Below, one piece after another: positions 32,252 through 39,880 of a stretch of 39,880 nt of DNA (position 1 is its first letter; every line of letters starts with the position of its first letter). The notes beneath the pieces are model-generated. The model was not told where the DNA came from, made no database searches, and saw nothing but the letters and a program-made list of their open reading frames with translations. The position numbers were made by a program, and so were the translations under genes. Origin of the DNA: an uncultured Candidatus Saccharibacteria bacterium. Its GTDB lineage: Bacteria > Patescibacteriota > Minisyncoccia > UBA6257 > Colwellbacteraceae. Location of the stretch: NCBI GenBank assembly GCA_964633405.1, contig CAZWFV010000001.1:1-39880 (forward strand), written 5' to 3'.

Positions 32252-33718
32252 ATGTCTGACTTCTCACCTACCATAGGCCTAGAAATCCATGCCGAGCTTA
32301 AAACGCGCACCAAGATGTTTTGCGATTGCCTAAACGACCCCGATGAGCATCGTCCTAATATAAATATATGTCCGGTTTGTCTGGGTCATCCTGGCGCGTT
32401 GCCGACAATCAATAGAGAAGCGGTTAGGAAACTCATATCGGTGGGACTAGCTTTGGGCGGAAAGATCCCACACTTGTCTAAATTCGACCGCAAGAGCTAT
32501 TTCTATCCGGATTTGCCCAAGGGCTATCAGATCAGCCAGTACGATGAACCTTTAGTGGTCGGAGGTTCGCTGAAAGGAGTCCGCCTGACGCGCATACACC
32601 TTGAAGAGGATACGGGTAGGTTGTCGCATCAGTTGCCGGGAACCAATATCAAGGATCAGAACCACAGTTATGTTGATTTCAACCGCTCCAGCGTGCCGCT
32701 GATGGAACTTGTGACCGAGCCGGACATAAAGTCGGCCGAACAAGCTCTGGAATTCGCTAAAGAGCTTCAGTCGATACTACGCTACCTAGGGGCATCCGAC
32801 GCTGACATGGAGAAAGGGCAAATGAGGGTTGAGGCCAACTTGTCCGTGGCGAAACCGGGGGCGGAGTTGGGAACCAAGGTAGAAATAAAGAATCTTAACT
32901 CTTTCAGGTCCGTCCGTGATGTCATCACTTACGAGATAAAGAGACAAACCGAAGTGCTTGAGAAGGGGGGTAAGGTTATTCAGGAGACGCGCGGCTGGGA
33001 CGAGAAGGGACTTACCTTTTCCCAGCGCCTCAAAGAGCAAGCTCATGATTATAGGTACATGCCTGAACCGGATCTGCCGCCGCTATTGATAGACAGCGAG
33101 GAGGTAGCCGAGCTTGAAGCCAACCTACCTGAATTGCCTGAGGCCAAGCGCAGTCGATTTATGCAGGAGTATGGCTTAAGCGTGGAACAAGCCGGGTTGG
33201 TCACAGAAAATCTGGATATAGCTCAGTATTTTGAGGAAGCAACCTCAGAGCTCTTAACCGCCGATGAGTCTAGCGGCAATGCATCGAGCCAAGCGATCCA
33301 GCTTTTGGTGAACTATATCCTTACTGACTTGAAGGGCCTTATACAGAAGAATCAGACGGACATTACGGTTATCAGAGAAAAAATTTCTCCGGCAAACTTC
33401 GCCCATCTAGCGTCACTAATTAGCAGCGGTAAATTGTCCAGCCGGACAGCCAAAGATATGCTACCCAAAATGCTGGAGAGAGGTCTCGATCCACATGAGA
33501 TGCTCGCCAGTGACGACCTCGGCCAAATACATAGTGAGAATGAGCTTCTCAAGACGGTGGATAAGGTCATAGCCTCGACCCCGAAGACGGTCAGCGATTA
33601 TAAGAGCGGTAAGACAGCCGCCATAGAAGCTCTTGTTGGGAGGGCGATGGGCGAGCTTAAGGGAAGAGGAAATCCCGCAGTTTTGCGTAGGCTTTTCGAG
33701 GATCGTCTATCCAAATAA
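32252..33718 (+). CDS. gatB: Asp/Glu-tRNA amidotransferase subunit B
   Basis: IGLEIHAELKTRTKMFC, CPVCLGHPGALP, HLEEDTGR, and a C-terminal GatB_Yqey domain. Confidence 0.95.
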   Translation: MSDFSPTIGLEIHAELKTRTKMFCDCLNDPDEHRPNINICPVCLGHPGALPTINREAVRKLISVGLALGGKIPHLSKFDRKSYFYPDLPKGYQISQYDEPLVVGGSLKGVRLTRIHLEEDTGRLSHQLPGTNIKDQNHSYVDFNRSSVPLMELVTEPDIKSAEQALEFAKELQSILRYLGASDADMEKGQMRVEANLSVAKPGAELGTKVEIKNLNSFRSVRDVITYEIKRQTEVLEKGGKVIQETRGWDEKGLTFSQRLKEQAHDYRYMPEPDLPPLLIDSEEVAELEANLPELPEAKRSRFMQEYGLSVEQAGLVTENLDIAQYFEEATSELLTADESSGNASSQAIQLLVNYILTDLKGLIQKNQTDITVIREKISPANFAHLASLISSGKLSSRTAKDMLPKMLERGLDPHEMLASDDLGQIHSENELLKTVDKVIASTPKTVSDYKSGKTAAIEALVGRAMGELKGRGNPAVLRRLFEDRLSK

Positions 33719-34586
33719 TATTTTTGTCCTTCCTGAACCAAGTCGTCTGGCGCCTGGCGTAATGCCAGATCTCCTTCTGCATATTCAGTCTCATCTCTTC
33801 GTGCGACACGAGTCCCCGCAGGTATCTCGAGGCATACCTGCACTCTAAGCCCAGATTATCCAAACGTTCCCAGCTTACTCCGTGTTTGTGTAGTTTGATT
33901 ATTTCTTCAACCAAGCCGGCTCGCAACCTCTTGTCTAGTCTTAGGTTGATCCGCTTCTTCAATCTAATCGGCGATAAGTCTATGCCTATCTTAATGACAT
34001 CATACTTAGTGATCTTTTGAATATCGGGAAGGGGTCTGCCCGTAGTCAGTACTATTTCTAACGACCTTATAAGTCGCCGTCGGTTGTATCTGTCTATATT
34101 GGCGGCTCTTCGCGGATCTAATCTCCTTAGCTTCTCGAATAGTTTATACGTGCTCAATCTGTCCAGCTTATCGCGTAAGTCACGCTGGGGCGGAACTGCC
34201 GGGAGCTGGAGATTATTGATTAGCGTATCGATATAGAAGCCCGTGCCGCCGCATATTATCGGTATTTTTCGTTTGGCCAGTATATCCCTTATTATCTTAT
34301 CGGACATTTTCTGATATTGGGCGGCGGTAAAAATCTTCCGTGCCGATGTTATTCCTAGTATATGATGTGGAACAGCTCGCATTTCTTTTCTGGTTATCTT
34401 CCCGCTGGTTATGTCCAGTCCGCGGTATATTTGTCGCGAATCAGCCGAGATAATCTCGGCTCCCCGTATGCCCGATTTATGCCGCCAGCTCTCCGAAGCG
34501 ATTTTTGTTGCCAAGGCGACCGCCAGACCTGATTTACCGCTTGAGGTCGGCCCCACTACGACCACAACCTTATTCTTGTTTTTCAT
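33657..34586 (-). CDS. miaA: tRNA dimethylallyltransferase MiaA
   Basis: P-loop VVVVGPTSSGKSGLA, DSRQIYRGLDI, and GGTGFY. Its last roughly 20 codons overlap the 3' end of gatB on the opposite strand. Confidence 0.9.
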   Translation of the reverse strand: MKNKNKVVVVVGPTSSGKSGLAVALATKIASESWRHKSGIRGAEIISADSRQIYRGLDITSGKITRKEMRAVPHHILGITSARKIFTAAQYQKMSDKIIRDILAKRKIPIICGGTGFYIDTLINNLQLPAVPPQRDLRDKLDRLSTYKLFEKLRRLDPRRAANIDRYNRRRLIRSLEIVLTTGRPLPDIQKITKYDVIKIGIDLSPIRLKKRINLRLDKRLRAGLVEEIIKLHKHGVSWERLDNLGLECRYASRYLRGLVSHEEMRLNMQKEIWHYARRQTTWFRKDKNIIWIDDPRKAYAKLRDFLFP

Positions 34587-34592
34587 TTGACA

Positions 34593-34601
34593 ATACTATC
34601 A
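34593..34601 (-). promoter_or_regulatory. Extended -10 element for miaA, leaderless geometry
   Basis: The minus strand reads TGaTAGTAT followed by 6 nt and then the ATG (34586). No SD site. Confidence 0.45.
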
Positions 34602-34670
34602 TATTATTGTTCCATAGATTTGGTACATTCCCAAGGGAAGTCAATCTATGGCAGAAGGAGGTGAATCCAC

Positions 34671-34802
34671 ATGCCATACTGGCTTATCGCAGTGGTCCTG
34701 GTCGTTGCTCTTTTGGGCCTTGTCGCCGTCATCCGACGGCGGAAGAAAAGTACCGGGCCAATTACGCTGGGCTTGGACAACAGCAAGAGTCCAAAAAACT
34801 GA
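34671..34802 (+). CDS. Small (43 aa) single-TM membrane peptide, below the ORF-track length cutoff
   Basis: Hand translation gives MPYWLIAVVLVVALLGLVAVIRRRKKSTGPITLGLDNSKSPKN. A perfect SD site AAGGAGGTGA (34655-34664) lies 6 nt before the ATG. An extended -10 box TGgTACATT lies at 34621-34629, and a strong terminator follows. Confidence 0.5.
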   Translation: MPYWLIAVVLVVALLGLVAVIRRRKKSTGPITLGLDNSKSPKN

Positions 34803-34835
34803 CTTCGCGTCGGCTTTACCGAGCCGACCGCCACC

Positions 34836-34881
34836 GTGGGTTCTATTCGTCCCGTTGCGTCGAGTAGAACCCACTTTTATT
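34836..34881 (+). terminator. Intrinsic terminator (14-bp stem) after the small ORF, abutting the thrS stop
   Basis: GTGGGTTCTATTCG-loop-CGAGTAGAACCCAC followed by TTTTATTT. Confidence 0.7.
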
Positions 34882-36642
34882 TCAATAAGTTTTTTCCCCT
34901 ATCTCACGTTTCAACCGGTCAATAAATTCATCCAGTTTCATCACTACCTGCTCCTTGTCTTTTCTGCTACGTACGGAAACGGTACCTTCTTTATCCTCCT
35001 TCTCGCCTACGACGACGATATACGGCACCTTCATCAGTTCCGCCTCTCGAATGCGTTTACCCAACGACTCTGTGGGCTCGCTCCATTCCGCGCGGATACC
35101 GTGGGCGGTTAATTTGTCATACACCTCCCCACCGTATTTTGAGAACTTCTCGCCCACGGCGAGTACGGTTGCCTGTACTGGCGCAAGCCAGAGGGGGAAT
35201 ACACCGGCGAAGTGCTCTATAAGTATGCCCATAAACCGTTCTATCGATCCGAGTATGGCAACATGCAATACGGCTGGTCTAGTTTTCTTGCCGCTCTCAT
35301 CAGTATAGCTCATATCAAAGTTCTCCGGTTGGTTGAAGTCTAGCTGCACCGTGGTCAGTTGCCACGTCCTACCCAGGGAGTCCTTAGTCATTATGTCTAT
35401 CTTCGGTCCATAGAATGCGGCTTCACCTTCTTCTACCGTGTACGGGCGTCCCCATCCCTTTACCGCCTTGAGCAGGATATTCTCCGATTTACTCCACAGG
35501 TCGCTGTCCCCGAAATATTTCTCGGGGTGTTTCTGATCGCGGACCGATATCTGCACCTTGTAATCGGAGAAGCCGAAGGTCTGATATACTTTATCCATCA
35601 GGCTCAGAATCATCTCTATTTCTGGCTCGATTTGGCTGTGACGGACCATATGATGGGTATCATCCTGTGTCAGGGACCTTACGCGGGTAAGTCCAGACAG
35701 CTCTCCGCTTTTCTCGTTGCGATAGACCGTGGTGTTCTCGGCTATGCGAAAAGGCAGATCTTTGTAGCTGTGTGGCCTGGAGTTGTATAGCTCGAAATGA
35801 TGCGGGCAGTTCATCGGTTTTAATACGTATTCATCCCCGTCGTCCGTATGCATGATCGGCATCATCGCGTCATATTTACCAAAGTGACCGCTCTTGCGGT
35901 ATAAATCGGCTTTGGCTATATGGGGTATCCAGACAAAGCTATAACCCCGTTTCTCCTTCTCCTCGCGTATAAACTTCTCCAATTCGCTGCGTATGATCAT
36001 TCCTTTCGGCAGAAACAGCGGCAGCCCCGGTCCGACCAGCGGACTGAACGTAAACAAGTCAAGTTGGGAGCCAAGTTTTTTATGGTCGCGCTTCTCGGCT
36101 TCTTCGCGTAGCTTAAGGTATTCCTCCAGTTCCCCCTTGGAGGCGAAAGCCAGTCCGTAGATGCGCTGCAGCATCGGATTTTTCTCGTCGCCGCGCCAGT
36201 ATGCTCCGGCTATTTTATCCAACTTGAACCCGTCCAATGGTATTTCTTTGGTATTATCAACGTGGCCGCCGCGGCACAGATCCATAAACACGTCGCCGGT
36301 ATTATAGACGGTAAGCTTCATCGCCTCGGCTGAAAGATCTTTTATTAGGTCGAGCTTGAACGGTTGGTCGGAGAATAACTTATTGGCCTCCGCCAAGGAC
36401 ACCTCTTTCCCGGAGAAGGGGAGGTTCTTCTTGACCAAGTTCTTCATTGTCTTTTCGAATTCCCTGAGATCCTCCGGCGTCAGACTTCGGGAGAGCAGGA
36501 AATCATAGTAGAAACCATTGTCTATGGTCGGCCCTATGGCTAACTTTGCATCGGGGAATTTCTTCAGTACGGCGGCAGCAAGAAGATGGGCCAGAGAATG
36601 TCTTATGTTTTCTATAGATTGAGACCTGCCGCTTCCTGACAT
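34882..36642 (-). CDS. thrS: Threonine--tRNA ligase, short form lacking the N-terminal TGS domain
   Basis: It begins at the second-additional-domain motif IRHSLAHLLAAAV..GPTIDNGFYYDF. Class II core (KPMNCPHH, FRNE.SG.L.GL.RVR.FTQDD.H) and a C-terminal anticodon-binding domain are present. Its start overlaps the dnaE 3' end by 31 nt. Confidence 0.9.
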   Translation of the reverse strand: MSGSGRSQSIENIRHSLAHLLAAAVLKKFPDAKLAIGPTIDNGFYYDFLLSRSLTPEDLREFEKTMKNLVKKNLPFSGKEVSLAEANKLFSDQPFKLDLIKDLSAEAMKLTVYNTGDVFMDLCRGGHVDNTKEIPLDGFKLDKIAGAYWRGDEKNPMLQRIYGLAFASKGELEEYLKLREEAEKRDHKKLGSQLDLFTFSPLVGPGLPLFLPKGMIIRSELEKFIREEKEKRGYSFVWIPHIAKADLYRKSGHFGKYDAMMPIMHTDDGDEYVLKPMNCPHHFELYNSRPHSYKDLPFRIAENTTVYRNEKSGELSGLTRVRSLTQDDTHHMVRHSQIEPEIEMILSLMDKVYQTFGFSDYKVQISVRDQKHPEKYFGDSDLWSKSENILLKAVKGWGRPYTVEEGEAAFYGPKIDIMTKDSLGRTWQLTTVQLDFNQPENFDMSYTDESGKKTRPAVLHVAILGSIERFMGILIEHFAGVFPLWLAPVQATVLAVGEKFSKYGGEVYDKLTAHGIRAEWSEPTESLGKRIREAELMKVPYIVVVGEKEDKEGTVSVRSRKDKEQVVMKLDEFIDRLKREIGEKTY

Positions 36643-39600
36643 ATCAATTTTGTATCACCATTCCGCTTTGAGATGTGTCCGGTCAGAGCTATAGTATTTC
36701 CCTCAGTCCAGATAGCCGGTTTCTTCTTCAACGTGTCGGAGAACACCAATACTTCTATAGTATCGCTCAAATCTTCGATCTTAGCAAAGAGCATCGTATC
36801 CCCATTCCCAGTGACGACCCTATTTATCTTTGTTATCAGTCCGTATGTTTTAAGCAATTTCTTCTCATTTTGTTCCTCGGCTATATCTTGTATCGGACTG
36901 TAACCCTTGGAAGCGAGCACGCCAGCATACTTTTTCAATGGATGGTCGGTTATATAAAGTCCGAGGAGTTCCTTCTCCCAAGCTAAGCGTTGTGTCCGCG
37001 TGGCCGGAGCCACCTCAGCCATTTTTATCTTGACAGTCGGCTTCTCAGCCCCGAACAACCCTATTTGCGAACTGCCATTGGCCCTCTTTAGACTGTTGGA
37101 TATTTTCGATATTTCGTCGAGGCTGGCCAAGGCTGCGGCTCTCTCTATGCCGAGGGAGTCCATCGCCCCGGATTTTATTAGAGCTTCCATGGCCTTGCGG
37201 TTAAGATCGCGATGATTGATCCTTGAAGTAAGATCGGCTATGTCCTTATACGGTCCACCCTTGAAACGTTCCTCCACAATCGATTCAGTCACATTCGCCC
37301 CGAGATTCTTTATGGCCAACAACCCGAAACGGATGCCGTTACCTTCAGGAACAAATTTGCTTGTGCTCCTGTTTACATCCGGCGGTAATACCTCTATGCC
37401 CATTCGCTTTGCCTCATTGACCAGGAACGAGACGCGTTCCACGTCGCCGGAATCGTTGTTGAGCAGCGCTGTCATCAGTTCGACCGGATAATTAGCCTTT
37501 AAATAGGCTGTTTGATAGCCGATGAGGGCATAACAGACGGCGTGCGATCGGTTGAACCCATAGCGGGCAAATGGCGGGAACAACTCCCATATCTCCTTGG
37601 CGACCTTCGGCTGTATGCCATTCTTAATCATGCCTTGGGTCAATTTGTCTTGTTGTACATCCAAGAGAGATTTTATCTTCTTGCCGATGGCCTTACGCAG
37701 GGTATCGGCTTCCGGCAGGGTAAAGCCGGCCAAATCAGTCGCTATCCTCATCATCTGTTCCTGATATACTCCCACCCCGTAGGTCTTGTTAAGGATTGGT
37801 TCCAGTCGGGGATGAATGTAGGTAACCTTTTCCTGACCGAACTTGCGACGGATGAATGAGGGTATAAGTTCGATCGGTCCTGGACGGTATAGTGCCACCA
37901 GTGCGATTAAGTCCTCCAGCTCAGTCGGCTTCAAGTCTTTTATATAGCGCCGCATACCCTGCGACTCGAACTGGAACACACCGGTCGTTTCTCCGCTGCG
38001 TAGGAGCTCATACGTTTTTTTATCGTCCAACGGTAATTTGGCCATATCCAATTCCCGGCCCTTCTCTCGCACCAGCTTAACCGTCTCTTCAATGATGGTC
38101 AGGTTCTTAAGTCCCAGGAAGTCGATCTTTAGAAAGCCTAGATCCTCGACCGAATGCATATCGTACTGGGTTATTATCCGTGCATCGTCCTGAGGGGCGC
38201 GCTGCAGCGGTATGTTCCCTGTAAGTGGCTCGTTTGATATGACGACGCCGCATGCATGTACGGATGCATGCCTTACCACTCCCTCCAATTTGACGGCGGC
38301 ATCCAATAGTCTCTTGGCGTCCGCATCGTTGTCATAGCGCGCTTTAAGTTCAGGCATGTCCTTGAGGTACTTACCGAGGAATGTATCTGACTTATCTAGA
38401 TTGGGCTGAAAGGGAATGAGCTTGGCTATTTCGTCGCAGAAACCATATGGGAACCCCAAAGCTCTGCCGGCATCCCTGACCGAAGCCCTTGCCGCCATAG
38501 TTCCGAAGGTGATAATTTGGGCAACGTGATCCTCACCATACCTGTCCTTTACGTAGCCCAGCACCTCATCGCGTCGGTGGTCGGCGAAGTCTATGTCTAT
38601 ATCTGGCATGGATATACGCTCCGGATTCAAAAAACGCTCGAAGAGGAGGTCATAGGCTAGCGGATCCACATCGGTTATATTGAGAATGTAGGAGACAATG
38701 CTTCCGGCCGCGGAACCGCGCCCTGGGCCGACCGCGATGCCGTGTTCCTTTGACCAGTTGACGAAGTCCTGAACTATGAGGAAATAGTCGGCAAAACCTG
38801 TCTTTTCTATGACGCCAAGCTCGTATTCTATCCTTTCCCTGACCTCTTTGGTGGCTTTCGGGTAGCGTGAGGTTAATCTCTGCCCGACCAACTTTCTGAG
38901 GTACGCCTTACTAGAAGGCTCTCCTTCGGGTAATTTATATGCTGGCAGGCGGATCTTGCCCAACTCCAATTCGAAATTGCACTTATCAGCTATCTTGACT
39001 GTGTTCTCCACTGCTTCGGGAATGTCTTTGAATAGTTCGGTCATTCTTTCTGGAGAAGTGAGTGAACAATCAAAATCGTGGAAACTGAAACGGTCGTCGG
39101 ACTCGAGACTGCGTCCGGTCTGAATGGCGAGCAGGACCTCGTGTATGGGTTTATCCTCGGGTTTTAGATAGTGCGAGTCTTGGGTAGCTACTAGGGGCAA
39201 GTTGAGTTTGCTGGCGATTTGTATGAGGTGCGGCTTTAGATCAGGAGAGTGCTGCTGTATCTCAATGTAATAATCTTCACCGAACAGATTTTTGTAGTAG
39301 GTCGCTATTTCCTCCGCCTCGGCGAGTTTGCCGTCTCTGATCGCCCTGGACAACTCGCCCGAGAAACAGCCCGAGAGACAGATAAGACCCTCGTGGTGCA
39401 TCTCCAGAAGTTCATGATCTATGCGCGGCTTGTAATAAAAACCCTCCAGATGGGCCTTGGTGATCAATTCGACCAGATTTCTATAACCTTCCTTGTCCTT
39501 AGCGAGCAGAGTCAGGTGGTAACGCGTCCCGTCTATCCTTGCGTCGCGCGAAGCGCGCGAACCTTTTGCCATATACACCTCCGCTCCCAGGATTGGTTTG

Positions 39601-39776
39601 ATGCCGGCACGTTTCGCCTTCTCATAGAGCTCAACCGCGCCGTACATATTGCCATGATCGGTTAAAGCCAAGGCGTCCATGCCTAGCTCCTTGGCCCGTT
39701 TTACCAACCCATCTATTTTTGATAGGCCGTCGAGGAGGGAATAGTGGGAATGCGTATGTAGATGGACAAATTTCAT
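36612..39776 (-). CDS. dnaE: DNA polymerase III alpha subunit
   Basis: PHP domain FVHLHTHSHYSLLDG, the polymerase core (GPGRGSAAGS, PDIDIDF), HhH and OB regions. Length is 1054 aa. Confidence 0.95.
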   Translation of the reverse strand: MKFVHLHTHSHYSLLDGLSKIDGLVKRAKELGMDALALTDHGNMYGAVELYEKAKRAGIKPILGAEVYMAKGSRASRDARIDGTRYHLTLLAKDKEGYRNLVELITKAHLEGFYYKPRIDHELLEMHHEGLICLSGCFSGELSRAIRDGKLAEAEEIATYYKNLFGEDYYIEIQQHSPDLKPHLIQIASKLNLPLVATQDSHYLKPEDKPIHEVLLAIQTGRSLESDDRFSFHDFDCSLTSPERMTELFKDIPEAVENTVKIADKCNFELELGKIRLPAYKLPEGEPSSKAYLRKLVGQRLTSRYPKATKEVRERIEYELGVIEKTGFADYFLIVQDFVNWSKEHGIAVGPGRGSAAGSIVSYILNITDVDPLAYDLLFERFLNPERISMPDIDIDFADHRRDEVLGYVKDRYGEDHVAQIITFGTMAARASVRDAGRALGFPYGFCDEIAKLIPFQPNLDKSDTFLGKYLKDMPELKARYDNDADAKRLLDAAVKLEGVVRHASVHACGVVISNEPLTGNIPLQRAPQDDARIITQYDMHSVEDLGFLKIDFLGLKNLTIIEETVKLVREKGRELDMAKLPLDDKKTYELLRSGETTGVFQFESQGMRRYIKDLKPTELEDLIALVALYRPGPIELIPSFIRRKFGQEKVTYIHPRLEPILNKTYGVGVYQEQMMRIATDLAGFTLPEADTLRKAIGKKIKSLLDVQQDKLTQGMIKNGIQPKVAKEIWELFPPFARYGFNRSHAVCYALIGYQTAYLKANYPVELMTALLNNDSGDVERVSFLVNEAKRMGIEVLPPDVNRSTSKFVPEGNGIRFGLLAIKNLGANVTESIVEERFKGGPYKDIADLTSRINHRDLNRKAMEALIKSGAMDSLGIERAAALASLDEISKISNSLKRANGSSQIGLFGAEKPTVKIKMAEVAPATRTQRLAWEKELLGLYITDHPLKKYAGVLASKGYSPIQDIAEEQNEKKLLKTYGLITKINRVVTGNGDTMLFAKIEDLSDTIEVLVFSDTLKKKPAIWTEGNTIALTGHISKRNGDTKLICQEAAGLNL

Positions 39777-39811
39777 AAATATGCGGGTCGAATATATGCT
39801 TATCTGGTTGG

Positions 39812-39840
39812 ATTATAAGTTCTCGCAACCCAATTGACAA
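39812..39840 (-). promoter_or_regulatory. Putative sigma-70 promoter for dnaE
   Basis: Minus strand: TTGTCA (complement of 39835-39840), 17 nt spacer, TATAAT (complement of 39812-39817). The leader before the ATG is about 35 nt. Confidence 0.55.
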
Positions 39841-39880
39841 AGGTTAATAAGAGATACGACGATCCACTTTCCCACATACA

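Noticed and set aside
21212-33718. Separation of gatB (32252) from gatCA (21212-22923) considered as unusual.
   Set aside because: Split gatCA/gatB arrangements are common in bacteria, so this is not informative on its own.
34505-35112. 120-aa and 154-aa plus-strand ORFs spanning the miaA-thrS spacer.
   Set aside because: They overlap miaA or thrS coding sequence on the opposite strand and read through a strong terminator hairpin. The short SD-led ORF at 34671-34802 is the better explanation for this spacer.
1-39880. Possible alternative genetic code (UGA recoding, as in some CPR lineages).
   Set aside because: Conserved genes terminate at TGA at the expected length (for example the ECF sigma gene, pilB, gatA and the PilX-like gene), and no conserved protein requires in-frame TGA read-through.

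Overview
The window is a gene-dense stretch of chromosome with short or overlapping gene junctions and standard stop-codon usage (TGA, TAA and TAG all terminate ORFs). By inference it comes from an ultra-small, probably monoderm Patescibacteria/CPR-type bacterium. The grounds are domain-reduced housekeeping enzymes (PheT without its OB domain, ThrRS without TGS), a broken secE-nusG-rplK ribosomal cluster, a secretin-less type IV pilus locus, and almost no Shine-Dalgarno sites.

Layout:
- 1-322: 3' end of a 6-phosphogluconate-dehydrogenase-like gene, followed by tRNA-Ser(CGA).
- 545-7126 (+): an operon led by an ECF sigma factor. It encodes a multi-pass membrane protein (possible anti-sigma), two paralogous membrane-anchored small-beta-domain proteins, a HlyD-type adaptor with an oversized helical hairpin, a MacB-type ABC ATPase and permease, and one more anchored protein.
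- 7188-9161: a 657-aa chimeric pilin. It has a prepilin signal, tail-fibre-like motifs and a poly-glycine (Gly_rich-type) domain.
- 9231-19185: a complete type IV pilus machine (pilM, N-like, O-like, a small anchored protein, pilB, pilT, pilC, major pilin, pilD, four minor pilins) with no secretin.
- 19182-22923: ligA-gatC-gatA, translationally coupled to the pilus genes.
- 22954-25226: tRNA-Asp, murD, tRNA-CAT (elongator-type), an NYN/LabA-like gene and the initiator tRNA-fMet.
- 25316-33718 (+): pheS, pheT, gyrB, secE, nusG, rplK, tmk, gatB.
- 33657-39776 (-): miaA, thrS, dnaE.

No CRISPR array, transposase, integrase, reverse transcriptase or recognisable defence system was seen.

The most interesting candidates are:
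1. The fibre-like giant pilin.
2. The ECF-controlled envelope exporter module placed directly upstream of it.
3. A recurrent TGnTAnnAT box 6-9 nt ahead of ATG codons, implying widespread leaderless mRNAs.
4. A symmetric bidirectional promoter that shares one -35 element between the initiator tRNA and pheST.
5. An initiator tRNA that lacks the canonical three G-C anticodon-stem pairs.
6. An untracked 43-codon membrane-peptide ORF carrying the only perfect SD site in the window.

All functional calls rest on motif recognition by eye; no database search was run.
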